A stretch of DNA of 64,000 nt. It comes from Nitrososphaerota archaeon (GTDB lineage Archaea > Thermoproteota > Nitrososphaeria_A > Caldarchaeales > Calditenuaceae). Below are positions 8,176 to 17,900 of this stretch, in pieces (positions within the stretch are counted from its first letter, which is position 1; each line of letters begins with the position of its first letter). The notes under the pieces were generated by a model, which was given only the letters and a program-made list of their open reading frames with translations, did not search any database and was not told where the DNA came from. The stretch spans positions 864,001 through 928,000 of the forward strand of contig JBEPYO010000001.1 of assembly GCA_041641295.1 (NCBI GenBank), in the 5' to 3' direction. A program made the position numbers and the translations under genes.

Positions 8176-10986
8176 ATGTCGGAGGAGCTTGGAGGGTTCG
8201 GTTCGCTCGAGGAGGCGCTGAGGAGCAACCCACACCTCGCCGAGTATCTCGAGACGCTTGAGGGCGAGCAGCCGGTCTACGCAGTACAGCTTACGAGGGA
8301 GATGCGATACATGACGCCCGTCAACGTCCTCTACCCGATAGGCGACCCCTACTTCGTCCACATCTACTCAGACCCAGCCGGCGTCTGGAACAACTACAGG
8401 GTAGTAATGCCCGAGATACCGCCGGGCGCTTGGAGCAGCCTCAAGGCGGTGGAGGAGGCGCTCGCCGTGCGGCTTGCAGAGCGGGACCCTCCCGAGAGCC
8501 CCGAGGAGAAGCGGGAGCTCCTCTCGGCCCTGCTGGAGGAGGTGGTGTCTGAGGACCCGTCGATGGGTCGGGGCGAGTATAGGGAGCTGAGGAGGAGGGG
8601 GGCGGTGGTGGGTGTTGTAGCAAGTCCCGAGCTTGCCGTCGCGATAAGGTATGCGGTCATCTCCGAGAAGGTTGGGCTCGGAGTGCTTGAACCCCTCATC
8701 AGAGACCCCTACATCGAGGACGTGAGCTGCAACGGAGTCGGCGCAGTCTACGTTGTCCACAAGGTCTTCGGCCCCTGCCGGACGAACATATTCTTCGAGG
8801 ATGAGAAGACTCTAGACCAGTATGTCTACAGGCTCTCCCTCAGGGCGGGCAGGCCTGTGAGCATCAGGTCCCCTATAACCGACGCGGTCCTGCCCGACGG
8901 CTCCAGAGTCAACATAGTCTACGGCAGCGACATCAGCAGGAGGGGCACAAACTTCACGATAAGGAAGTTCACCGAGAACCCGATCAGCATAACCCAGCTG
9001 ATAAGGTGGAACATGATAAGCGCGAGGTGCGCCGCCTACCTCTGGCTCCTACTGGAGCACAACCTCAACGTCTGGTTCGTCGGCGAGACCGCCTCTGGGA
9101 AGACAACACTCCTCAGGGCCGCCTCCGTCTTCATAGACCCCTCAGCCAAGATAGTCTCGATCGAGGATGTCCCGGAGATAGTGGTTCCGCACGAGAACTG
9201 GGTGAGCGAGGTGACGCGGCAGGCCCAGGAGGCCGGAGAGGGCGTCGAGCTCTTCGACCTCCTCAAGGCCGCCCTCAGGCAGAGGCCCAACTACATTCTC
9301 GTGGGCGAGATTAGGGGGAGGGAGGCGGCGATAGCCTTCCAAGCCATGCAGTGCGTGGCCGACGCCTACGTAGCCAGCCCCGGAGGCGTCATCAGCATCC
9401 CAGAGCTCTACAGCTCCGCGGCCGCCGGAGTGGGGGCCGCATCGAACGGCGAGGTGAGGCTCAACGACCCCTTCTACGTATACGCCACCGCTCCGGGTGA
9501 GGGGGTCGGGCTCGCAAAATGCGTAGGGGTCAAGAGGATGTGGGCCGCATCAACGGTCAGGGTCGAGACTAGCGACGGCCTCTCAATAGTCGTCACACCC
9601 AACCACAGGTTCATAACGCTGGCAGGCGGTCAGGAGGTGGAGATAGCAGCCGAGGAGCTACTAAACAGGTGGAGGGCTGGTGAGAGGTCGATAGCCCTGG
9701 CCAAGAGGCCGCCCCCCAACCCCTGCATCCCCCTGAGCATCTACTCGGAGAGCCGCAGCCTAGTCCTCAGCGGTGATTCCTGGTGGGCCCTCGGCAGGCT
9801 GGCGGGCGGAGACTTCCTCACCATCACGCCCAGAGGGTTTGAGTGGGTTACTTGGGGGAGGGGCGCGGGCCTCGAGAGGCTTCGGGCCGCCCTCAGAAGG
9901 CTTGGCTGGAGGGGCGGTGAGAGGTGGGCAGAGGTTAGGGGGAGACGAGCAACCATCCTAGAGAACATCGACCACAGGCTCGTCCACTGGGCCCTGATGC
10001 AGGGCCACCTCTACCGGCAGGGCGAGGCGCTGCTGGGCACGGACAGGGCGGTCGAGCCGGCCTACAGGGCCCACTACCTGAGCGGAGCCTACTCGGCCAT
10101 CCGCGACGCCGAGCCCCTCCTCGAGGAAGGCGCAGGCATCTGGGCAAACGGGCTGAGCCCGCCGCGGACCAAGAAGCCTACACCGCCGGAGGAGCTGGAC
10201 CCACAGCCGGACTGGGAGCCCCCAACCACTAGGTTCGAACTCCACTACGTGAAGACTGAGCCTTGGACGGCCTACAGGGCAGGCTGCCTAGCCTGGGTCC
10301 TGGGCTGCAGCACCGCCGTCCACAAGGCACATGGCACCGCCTACCTCTACCACCATCCATCAGCCGAGGCGTGGATCACCTCTGTTGAGCCGGCCGGAGG
10401 AGCCGCTGTCTACGACCTAGTCTTGGAGGGGGGTGGCTACTACATGGGGGGCCTCGGCCCGGCTCACCCGATACAGGATACGGGGCATGGCGTGCTCTCC
10501 ACGTTCCACGCGGGGAGTGTCCAGAAGCTGGTCCAGAGGCTGACTGGAGACCCCATAAACATTCCCAGGACATTCGTCGACAACCTCAACTGCATCGTCA
10601 TCCTCAGCGCGGTCAGACACCCTGTCACGGGGAAGCTTGAGAGGAGGGTGCTGAGCGTCAACGAGCTCCTAGGCCTAGACCCGGAGACCGGGGGCGTCAA
10701 CTATGTCGAAGTCTTCACCTGGAACCCCGTCGACGACTCCTTCGAGTTCAGGGGCGAGGGGACCAGCTACCTCCTCGAGGAGAAGATAGCGAAGATGAGG
10801 GGTATACCGAGGCACAGGCTCAGAGAGGTATACGAGGAGCTGAGGAGGAGGGCGGGCTTCCTCCAGAGGCTGGCCGACGCAGGGGTCCTGGACTACAAGC
10901 AGGTCTACAGGGCCGTGGCGGCTGCCTACAACCTCGGCCTGGAGGAGGCTGAGAGGGTTGCTCTCGAAGGTGCTGGGGAGGCCTAG
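8176..10986 (+). CDS. arlI: Archaellum motor ATPase ArlI (FlaI), intein-containing
   Basis: DPYIEDVSCNG, GETASGKTT, SIED, LRQRPNYILVGEIRG, TGHGVLSTFHA; 936 aa minus a 376 aa insert gives ~560 aa. Confidence 0.93.
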   Translation: MSEELGGFGSLEEALRSNPHLAEYLETLEGEQPVYAVQLTREMRYMTPVNVLYPIGDPYFVHIYSDPAGVWNNYRVVMPEIPPGAWSSLKAVEEALAVRLAERDPPESPEEKRELLSALLEEVVSEDPSMGRGEYRELRRRGAVVGVVASPELAVAIRYAVISEKVGLGVLEPLIRDPYIEDVSCNGVGAVYVVHKVFGPCRTNIFFEDEKTLDQYVYRLSLRAGRPVSIRSPITDAVLPDGSRVNIVYGSDISRRGTNFTIRKFTENPISITQLIRWNMISARCAAYLWLLLEHNLNVWFVGETASGKTTLLRAASVFIDPSAKIVSIEDVPEIVVPHENWVSEVTRQAQEAGEGVELFDLLKAALRQRPNYILVGEIRGREAAIAFQAMQCVADAYVASPGGVISIPELYSSAAAGVGAASNGEVRLNDPFYVYATAPGEGVGLAKCVGVKRMWAASTVRVETSDGLSIVVTPNHRFITLAGGQEVEIAAEELLNRWRAGERSIALAKRPPPNPCIPLSIYSESRSLVLSGDSWWALGRLAGGDFLTITPRGFEWVTWGRGAGLERLRAALRRLGWRGGERWAEVRGRRATILENIDHRLVHWALMQGHLYRQGEALLGTDRAVEPAYRAHYLSGAYSAIRDAEPLLEEGAGIWANGLSPPRTKKPTPPEELDPQPDWEPPTTRFELHYVKTEPWTAYRAGCLAWVLGCSTAVHKAHGTAYLYHHPSAEAWITSVEPAGGAAVYDLVLEGGGYYMGGLGPAHPIQDTGHGVLSTFHAGSVQKLVQRLTGDPINIPRTFVDNLNCIVILSAVRHPVTGKLERRVLSVNELLGLDPETGGVNYVEVFTWNPVDDSFEFRGEGTSYLLEEKIAKMRGIPRHRLREVYEELRRRAGFLQRLADAGVLDYKQVYRAVAAAYNLGLEEAERVALEGAGEA
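9352..10479 (+). mobile_element. Intein in ArlI (C393-D768) with degenerate LAGLIDADG region
   Basis: Interrupts conserved AMQ|TGH; starts with Cys, block B VTPNHRF, block F VYDLVL, ends PIQD before Thr+1. Confidence 0.88.
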
Positions 10987-12445
10987 GAGACGGGAGACAG
11001 GGCTGGGAAGGGATGCAGCCCTACTATACCTCTCAGCCCTAGCCTCAGCCATCCCCGACGACAACACATTCCTAGCAGCAGTAGCAGAGACCGAGGGCCC
11101 GCTCTCAGGCAGGCTCCAACCCCTGAAGAAGGCGGTAAGACTTGTGAATGGCTGGAGCTACCCAGTCCCCGCCGCACTCTCGGCCGCCGCGAAGACCGAG
11201 CCGCGGGACGAACTCGGCGAGCTGGCTGAGAAGATGTCCAAGGCGGTGAACATCGGGATGAGAGCCTCCAGCCTCGTCTCGACCGAATATGAGAAGATGA
11301 GGGAGCACTCTCAGATAAACTTCGAGAGGGCGATGGAGAGGGTCAAGACGATGGGCGACGTCTTCTCCACAATCCTCAGCTCCAGCAGCTTCCTCCTCAT
11401 CTCCTTCATGATAGCCTCGATAGTCTTCAGCGGGATAGACCCCTACGCAGTCCTCGCCCTAGTCTTGGGCGGAGTCTCGGCAGGCCTGGCCGGGATAGTC
11501 TACTACGTCTACAGGGTGAGCGGAGGGGGCAGCCTCCTAAACCCCTCACCCTACAGGCCCCTGACAGTATACATCGCCTCGCGCGCCGCAGCCCCAAGCC
11601 TAATCGCCGCACTAGCCATCGTCCTCACGGCCGCAGCCCTCCTCCCCCTACAGCACGCCAGACTCCTCCTCGCAGCAGTCCCAGCAGCCCTCATAGCAGC
11701 CTACGCCCTCCCAGCCCTAAAGGTAAGGAGGGTCCCTGCGATAGATGAGCAGCTGCCATTCTTCATGAAGAGCCTCTCGGAGACGCTCGGCTCGGTCCAG
11801 CTCCCCGAGAGGGTCCTAGAAATCCTGAGGCTCAACGACTACGGCGCCTTGAAGAGGTATCTGGAGCGGCTCTACCTCCGCGTCAAGAGCGGTGTGGACT
11901 TCTTCCTCTCGCTGAGGGTGATGGCGGGAGAGTCGTCGAGCGGCCTCCTATACGAGGCGGTCGAGGTCTTTGTCGAGTCCCTCAGGAGGGGCGTGCCGGC
12001 AGGAGCCCTCGGCAGGAGGCTCTACGACTACTTGGCAGATAGGCTCGCGATGAGGAGGCGGAGGGCCCAGGTCTCCTCCTACATCAGGGGTATACTCCTG
12101 CCAACCTCCTGCGCGGTGGCGGCTATCCTCGGCCTGATGGACTCGCTCTACATACTCCTCGCAAGCTACAGCTCTCTCGCCGCGACCATCCTACCCCTCT
12201 CCCCGGCTGCGCCGCCCGAGGCCGTTACCCGCGCCTCCATGGTCATGGTAACCGTCTTCTCACTCGCGGGGAGCTTGGTCCTCCACTTCGCCGAGAGGAG
12301 GAGCGGGATACATCTCTGCCTCACATTCGGAACACTCCTACTCTCCTCAGCCCTCACATTCCTAGCCGTCAGCGCGGGCACACACATGATCCTAGACACG
12401 ATGACCGGGTATGCGAGGAGCCTCAGGGAGATGGTGCCATCTTGA
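10958..12445 (+). CDS. arlJ: Archaellum membrane platform protein ArlJ (FlaJ)
   Basis: T2SS-F-like multi-TM protein, IDEQLPFFMKSL, NDYGAL; follows arlI. Confidence 0.85.
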   Translation: MLSKVLGRPRRRETGLGRDAALLYLSALASAIPDDNTFLAAVAETEGPLSGRLQPLKKAVRLVNGWSYPVPAALSAAAKTEPRDELGELAEKMSKAVNIGMRASSLVSTEYEKMREHSQINFERAMERVKTMGDVFSTILSSSSFLLISFMIASIVFSGIDPYAVLALVLGGVSAGLAGIVYYVYRVSGGGSLLNPSPYRPLTVYIASRAAAPSLIAALAIVLTAAALLPLQHARLLLAAVPAALIAAYALPALKVRRVPAIDEQLPFFMKSLSETLGSVQLPERVLEILRLNDYGALKRYLERLYLRVKSGVDFFLSLRVMAGESSSGLLYEAVEVFVESLRRGVPAGALGRRLYDYLADRLAMRRRRAQVSSYIRGILLPTSCAVAAILGLMDSLYILLASYSSLAATILPLSPAAPPEAVTRASMVMVTVFSLAGSLVLHFAERRSGIHLCLTFGTLLLSSALTFLAVSAGTHMILDTMTGYARSLREMVPS

Positions 12446-12903
12446 CACAGGGCGAGCTAGTCTTCGCCGCCATACTAGTCGTAACGGCCGCGGCGCTGGT
12501 CGGCCTCTGGCTCTCCACTAGGACTCCCAAGAGTAGGGAGGAGCCGGTAGACCTCTACCTCCAGCCCCAAGCACAAGCCCCGCGCCCCCAGAGGACCCTG
12601 CAGCCCGAGCCCAGCCGAGCGAGGCCCAGGCAGAAGCCGCCGAGCCAGCCCCAACAGGCACCACCGACGCAGAGACCAAAGATGGTGGGAGGAGCTGAGG
12701 CGGCCCGGCCCGCGGGTGTGGAGGCTGAGAAGTCGGTGGAGGGTGGCGCGGAGACTGGAGGGCCTAGGCGGGAGCAGCCCGTGGCTGGGGGAGGGTCGGT
12801 GGCGGAGGCTGAGAGGATGCTTGAGGAGGTGCTGAGCCTCTACTCAGACCTCCTCAAGGAGATGGAGCGGCTCAAGCAGCGGCTAGGGGAGAAGCTCTCT
12901 TAG
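12442..12903 (+). CDS. Single-TM protein with Pro/Gln-rich linker and C-terminal coiled coil
   Basis: N-terminal TM, low-complexity middle, heptad C-terminus; overlaps arlJ stop. Confidence 0.65.
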   Translation: MTQGELVFAAILVVTAAALVGLWLSTRTPKSREEPVDLYLQPQAQAPRPQRTLQPEPSRARPRQKPPSQPQQAPPTQRPKMVGGAEAARPAGVEAEKSVEGGAETGGPRREQPVAGGGSVAEAERMLEEVLSLYSDLLKEMERLKQRLGEKLS

Positions 12904-13368
12904 CCTCTCCACCAGCCTCCAAACCCTGTCTCCAGGGTGGTGGATGTTCTCGGCGACCCGCCCCCGGCTCCTAGGCTGTAGCGAGCCGCTCTCAACCAGC
13001 GCCCTACATATTGCCAGGGCCTTGCCATGCCTCTCATCCCTGACGACTACCAGGTCGCCCACACCAAAGCTCCCCCGGACCTCGACGACGCCGGGCCCCA
13101 TGACGTCCGCCCCTCCAGCAATCTTCGCGACAGCACCCATATCGACTACGAGGCTCGGCATCGAGCCCAGCAGCGCCGCGTTTGCCCGCTCGTCTAGGGC
13201 GGGGAACCGGAGCCCGCTCTCTTCTGCAAGTATCAGGCCGTCGAGCCAGTAGAGCCTGACGCCCTCATCCTCCAGCACCGTCCCCTCCTTCACACCCCCA
13301 ACCCCTAGGCCCGCAAACCCCTCACAGACCCTCCGCAAATCACTCTTACTCAGCTTGTGGAACTTCAA
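12883..13368 (-). CDS. PUA-domain RNA-binding protein (Tma20/MCT-1-like)
   Basis: VVDMGAVAKIAGGADVMGPGV...HHPGD. Confidence 0.85.
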   Translation of the reverse strand: MKFHKLSKSDLRRVCEGFAGLGVGGVKEGTVLEDEGVRLYWLDGLILAEESGLRFPALDERANAALLGSMPSLVVDMGAVAKIAGGADVMGPGVVEVRGSFGVGDLVVVRDERHGKALAICRALVESGSLQPRSRGRVAENIHHPGDRVWRLVERLRELLP

Positions 13369-13432
13369 GCCAGCTACACGATGTTTAGTCTACTGCCAAG
13401 CCATAAAAGCTGCGGTGGGGCGGGGGCGTGTG

Positions 13433-13747
13433 ATGCCTAAGCGTCTGAGTAGAGCTGAGGCGGAGGAGCTAGTGGCCAAGGTTAGACCCTGGAGGCTCCG
13501 TGGAAGATACATTGTCAGGAGCTTGAAGACGCGCGACTTCGCCGAGTCCCTCGACCTCTTGAAGAGGATTGCCAGGGCTGCGGAGAGGATGGGGCACCAC
13601 CCCGACGTGGAGCTAGGCTATGGATACTTGAGGCTGAGGCTCACGACCCATGACGCCGGAGGACTGACGGTCCGCGACTTCAGGCTTGCTGAGAGAGTCG
13701 AGAAGATTATTGAGGCGTGGGGCAGGTCTAGGCCTGCTGGGAGATAA
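13433..13747 (+). CDS. phhB: Pterin-4-alpha-carbinolamine dehydratase
   Basis: AERMGHHPD, LTTHDAGGLTVRDF; start moved to ATG 13433. Confidence 0.9.
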   Translation: MPKRLSRAEAEELVAKVRPWRLRGRYIVRSLKTRDFAESLDLLKRIARAAERMGHHPDVELGYGYLRLRLTTHDAGGLTVRDFRLAERVEKIIEAWGRSRPAGR

Positions 13748-14777
13748 GCCTCAGGGCCTCTAGCGTCAGCTTGTAGGCCGCCTCTAAGTCCCTCAGGTCT
13801 AGGACTAGGTGGGGTGAGTGGAGGTATCTGCAGGGCACGCCGACCACGCCGGTAGCCACACCCCTACCGTGAAGGTGAATCCTACCCGCATCCGTCGCGC
13901 TCCCAAAAACTATCTGGGACTGATAGCCCACACCAGCCCTCTCAGCCGCCCGCACCAAGAGAGAGTAGAACCTCCTGTTCGTGATCATTGAGGAGTCCAT
14001 CAGCCTCAGGGCAGCTCCGCGGCCGAGCCGGGTTATGCGGCTCTGCTCCGGGACACCGGGCGTGTCAGCAGCCACCGTCCCCTCCAAGACAATAGCGTAC
14101 TCTGGGTTGACGCTGTTCACGGCAGTCGCTGCGCCCCTCAGCCCGACCTCCTCTTGGACGGTGAAGACTGCGTGGAGCTCGACTCCTACCTCCTCTGCCG
14201 CCGCTGCCCTAGCCACTAGGGCTGCAACGACACATCCGACCCTGTCGTCGAAGGCCTTACCCATGACCCGTGTGCCGAGGAGTCTAGCGAAGTGGGCGGG
14301 GAAGGTGGCGTAGCTTCCGACCTTGACGCCGGCGGCCTCCGCCTCCTCCCTGCTTGAGGCGCCTATGTCTATGTGGAGCTCCTTCAGCTCCGGGGCCCTC
14401 TTAGCCTCCTCCTGCGTCGTGATGTGGGGTGGCTTAGCGCCTATACACCCCTCCAGCGGCCCCCTTTCAGAGTGGACCACGACCCTCTGCCCCACTAGGA
14501 CCCGCGCGTCGAGACCACCCAGGGGCGCGAAGCTCAGATACCCTTCCTCGTCAATCCAGCTAACCATCATCGCAACCTCGTCCATGTGGGCCGCAAGCAT
14601 AACCCTCGGCCCCCCACTGCCAATCCTGACAATCAAGTTCCCCATCACATCTCTCTCCACCGAGCCGGCATACTCCTCGAGGAATCCTTTGATAATCTCG
14701 GCAACCGCGTCCTCACCGCCCGGCGGCGCATAGCTCGTACTCAGCTTCTCTAAAAGCCGTAGGGCCTCCTCCATCAC
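13728..14777 (-). CDS. M42-family metallopeptidase (TET/FrvX)
   Basis: AAHMDE, KAFDDRVG, VQEEVGLRGA, RYLHSP. Confidence 0.92.
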   Translation of the reverse strand: MMEEALRLLEKLSTSYAPPGGEDAVAEIIKGFLEEYAGSVERDVMGNLIVRIGSGGPRVMLAAHMDEVAMMVSWIDEEGYLSFAPLGGLDARVLVGQRVVVHSERGPLEGCIGAKPPHITTQEEAKRAPELKELHIDIGASSREEAEAAGVKVGSYATFPAHFARLLGTRVMGKAFDDRVGCVVAALVARAAAAEEVGVELHAVFTVQEEVGLRGAATAVNSVNPEYAIVLEGTVAADTPGVPEQSRITRLGRGAALRLMDSSMITNRRFYSLLVRAAERAGVGYQSQIVFGSATDAGRIHLHGRGVATGVVGVPCRYLHSPHLVLDLRDLEAAYKLTLEALRLISQQA

Positions 14778-14868
14778 AAAACCGAGACCGCTGGCTCAGC
14801 ATAAAAACGGTTGTTCCAAACACAACTCCGGGCATGTCTTTATCACCAGGCATCTGGCTAGGGCTAGC

Positions 14869-15660
14869 TTGGTTGGAGGGTGGCTCGGCCTGGCTAGGCT
14901 CCTCGTCCTGAAGCTCGGAGGCTCCCTAGTCACGGAGAAGAGGATGGGTGGGGCTGTGAGGGTGGAGGCGTTGAGAAGGCTCGGAGAGGCGCTCTCAGGA
15001 ATCACTGACAGGCCCTTGATAATTGTTCACGGAGGTGGGGGCAGGGTCCACGAGGTGGCTGGCCAGTACCAAGTCGCCTTGGGCTCGGCCTCTCCCCACG
15101 GAGTCGAGGGGTTCATCAAGACCTCCATCGAGACCAGGAGGCTCAACCTACAGGTGACAGAGATACTCGCGGAGGCGGGGCTCAAATGCATAGGGCTTCC
15201 CTCAACCGCCGTATTCCAGACGAGGAAGGGAAAGATAGTCTCGGCCGGCCTAGACCCGATACTCGCCGCCCTAGACCAGGGCCTCGCGCCAGTCCTCACA
15301 GGCGACGTGGTCTTCGACAGGGAGCTCGGCTTCACAGTCCTCTCAGGCGACACGATAGCAGTAGACCTCTCGCTGAGGCTTGGGGCGGAGAGGCTCGTCT
15401 TCGCCACAGACGTGGACGGAATCTTCGAGCACCCCGGCGAGGGTGCTAGACTGCTGAGGGAGCTGGACAGAAAGACCCTAGCCTCGGTGAGGTTTGGAGA
15501 TGTAGGAGACGTGACTGGCGGGATGGCGGCGAAGGTTGAGGAGGCCATGAGGGCCGCGGAGGCGGGTGTTGAGGTCTACGTCGTTAACGGCCTTGAACCG
15601 TCTAGGGTTGTAGACGCGCTGCTAGGAAGGGAGACGATAGGGACACATATTCTAGGATAG
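14869..15660 (+). CDS. ipk: Isopentenyl phosphate kinase (amino-acid kinase family)
   Basis: LKLGGSLVT, IVHGGG..H, GDVV, SGD, TDVDG, DVTGGMAAKV. Confidence 0.85.
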   Translation: MVGGWLGLARLLVLKLGGSLVTEKRMGGAVRVEALRRLGEALSGITDRPLIIVHGGGGRVHEVAGQYQVALGSASPHGVEGFIKTSIETRRLNLQVTEILAEAGLKCIGLPSTAVFQTRKGKIVSAGLDPILAALDQGLAPVLTGDVVFDRELGFTVLSGDTIAVDLSLRLGAERLVFATDVDGIFEHPGEGARLLRELDRKTLASVRFGDVGDVTGGMAAKVEEAMRAAEAGVEVYVVNGLEPSRVVDALLGRETIGTHILG

Positions 15661-16668
15661 CTTTACTGGCGCACCGCTGGCCGCGGACCTGTAGCAGGCA
15701 TCCTTGAAGAGCGCCACCCTCAAGCCGTCCTCCGCACTGGCTGCAGGCTTCTCCAACCCCCTGATGGCTCTGACAAAGTTGGCGAGCGGGCTCGAGGAGG
15801 GTGGGACCTCCCCCATAGGCCGCCTCACACTCTGGGCCTCACGGTCCATAAACCAGACGTTCCTAGAGCCGAGCTCGTCGAGATAGGCAAGGAGGCCGCC
15901 TGGACAGTATATCCTCAGCCTCTCGGACCAGATTGGCGCGTCGCCCATCAGAGAAATGCTTGCCACACAGCCGTCAAACCTGGCCGTGATTGCTGCCATA
16001 AGTTCTGCGCCCCACCCCTCCTTCGAGGATAAGGTTGCGTAGACCTCGCGGGGTAGCCCGCCCAATATCCAGAGCACCATGTCTATGATGTGGCTTCCAG
16101 AGTCCATGAGGAAGCCCCCGCCGGCGAGCTTCGGGTCAGCCCTCCAAGTCCCCTTCGACAGCCTTGTCCAGTCCTGGGAGAGCTGGTGCTCTATGTATAC
16201 GGGCCTGCCGAGACCCTCGGGCGAGGCCATCCGCTTGATGTATCCGAATAGACCGTCTGTCCGCCTCTGATACCCTACAGCCACTACGCGGCCCGACTCC
16301 TCAGCAGCCCTCACCACTTCCCGCGCATCCTCCACGCTTGAGACCATGGGCTTCTCGACGAGGACGTGGAGGCCTCTCTTCAGGGCCGCGAGTATCTGCT
16401 CCTTGTGGTAGGCGTGGGGCGTGAGTATTAGGACGCCGTCGAGGGCTTCGCGGTCAAGCATCTCGATGTAGTCTGAGTATTCCTTCGCGCCTCCGAGGTG
16501 GGGTGCGGCTCCCTTCAGCCTAGCGATAGCTTCCCTGTTCGTGTCGCAGAGGGCGACGACCTCAGCGCCCAGCTCTCCGGTGAGGGACCTAGCGTGGAAG
16601 CCGGCTATGCCTCCGCAGCCTATGAAGGCGAGCCTCAGCCTCTCACTCATTGAACCTTCCCTTGGCAT
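15652..16668 (-). CDS. Gfo/Idh/MocA-family oxidoreductase
   Basis: IGCGGIA, HVLVEKP, GGGFLMDSGSH. Confidence 0.9.
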   Translation of the reverse strand: MPREGSMSERLRLAFIGCGGIAGFHARSLTGELGAEVVALCDTNREAIARLKGAAPHLGGAKEYSDYIEMLDREALDGVLILTPHAYHKEQILAALKRGLHVLVEKPMVSSVEDAREVVRAAEESGRVVAVGYQRRTDGLFGYIKRMASPEGLGRPVYIEHQLSQDWTRLSKGTWRADPKLAGGGFLMDSGSHIIDMVLWILGGLPREVYATLSSKEGWGAELMAAITARFDGCVASISLMGDAPIWSERLRIYCPGGLLAYLDELGSRNVWFMDREAQSVRRPMGEVPPSSSPLANFVRAIRGLEKPAASAEDGLRVALFKDACYRSAASGAPVKLS

Positions 16669-16785
16669 TTGTCGCAGACCCTCTTACCCTTAACCATTAC
16701 CAGCTTCTCAGTCTTCCTGCCGCAGAGCTGGCACCTGGGCATCCCCTCCCCAACACCCCCAAACCCCCCAAAGGCCTAGCAGGGC

Positions 16786-17616
16786 TTAACCCTTTCTCCA
16801 GCCCATGCGGGCGGCCAAGGCCAGCTTACCCACCTGCTCCAGCGAGAGCTCAGCCGGGAACCCTACAAGAAGCCTCACACCGCTAGAGGCCAAGCCCGCA
16901 ATCCTCTCAGCCGCCTCCCCGACACTCCCCACAATCGAGACCCTACAAGCCTCCCGCAGACCCGGAGACCCACCCCCCAAAGCCCCTACAAGCCTCTTCC
17001 TCCGCCGCGCATAGGAGACCAAGACCCTCTCAGCCTCCCCAGATACACCGTCGCCTATGTAGAATGGCGCATAGACCGCTACGCCCCTCGGCGATGAGTC
17101 GGCGAATCTGCGGGCCTCCTCCTCCACACCCTCGTCAAGTAGGAGGAACGCCGTGCAGCCTAGGCTTCTGCAGATTCGTCTAGAGACGTTCTCGACATTC
17201 TCGGTCCCAAGCAGCATCAGCCTCCCATTCAACACCTCTCCCGCCGCACTACACGCAGACCAGAGGAGCCTGCCAGGCCTGATGGAGGCCTCCTCGGCGC
17301 TCAGGTAGGCTGGGTTCCCCGCAACGATACAGAGCCCCATCGAGTCGCGCCTAGAAAGTATCTCGAGGTAGCGCGGCAAGAGGCTGCTGAAGTCGCCACG
17401 CCTCACCGGGACCGTCGGAACAATAACAGGCCCCCCTACATCCTCGGAGAACCTTGCAGCGGCCTCGACGTCTGCGGGGTGGAGGTCGTCAACCACCCTC
17501 TCAGAGTCCAATACTATAACATCGAAGCCGGTACTAGACGCCGTCTCGACTATGCGGATAAGCTCTTTCCTCTTAGCCTCGCGGCTTTGACCTAGCATGC
17601 TGGGCTTCAGAGCCAA
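16786..17616 (-). CDS. Hypothetical TIM-barrel-like protein (MTHFR/luciferase-like resemblance)
   Basis: IVAGNP resembles the MTHFR strand motif; C-terminal IVGSVGEAAERIAGLASSGV resembles LLM/Mer. Confidence 0.45.
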   Translation of the reverse strand: MALKPSMLGQSREAKRKELIRIVETASSTGFDVIVLDSERVVDDLHPADVEAAARFSEDVGGPVIVPTVPVRRGDFSSLLPRYLEILSRRDSMGLCIVAGNPAYLSAEEASIRPGRLLWSACSAAGEVLNGRLMLLGTENVENVSRRICRSLGCTAFLLLDEGVEEEARRFADSSPRGVAVYAPFYIGDGVSGEAERVLVSYARRRKRLVGALGGGSPGLREACRVSIVGSVGEAAERIAGLASSGVRLLVGFPAELSLEQVGKLALAARMGWRKG

Positions 17617-17900
17617 GCCCAGCTGGAACTAGACCACCACTCATGCCTTACCGGTACGTGGCCCCGCACGAGCTTTTAAGGATTACCGGCCCCGCCCCGC
17701 AGCTATCAGCCGCAGACACGCGGCCCACAGCATCCACAGCCCCGACCTCCTCTACCCGCGGCGAATTTTAAGGGCATATAGTCATTGATTGTTGGCGCAC
17801 CTGCTTTTTTAAACCTATCACAATCTTCAGAAGCCGATCACCGGGAAAAAGGGATAGTTGGGGGCTTTGGTCTCTGGACGGGTCTTGGCGGCCTAGGCGT

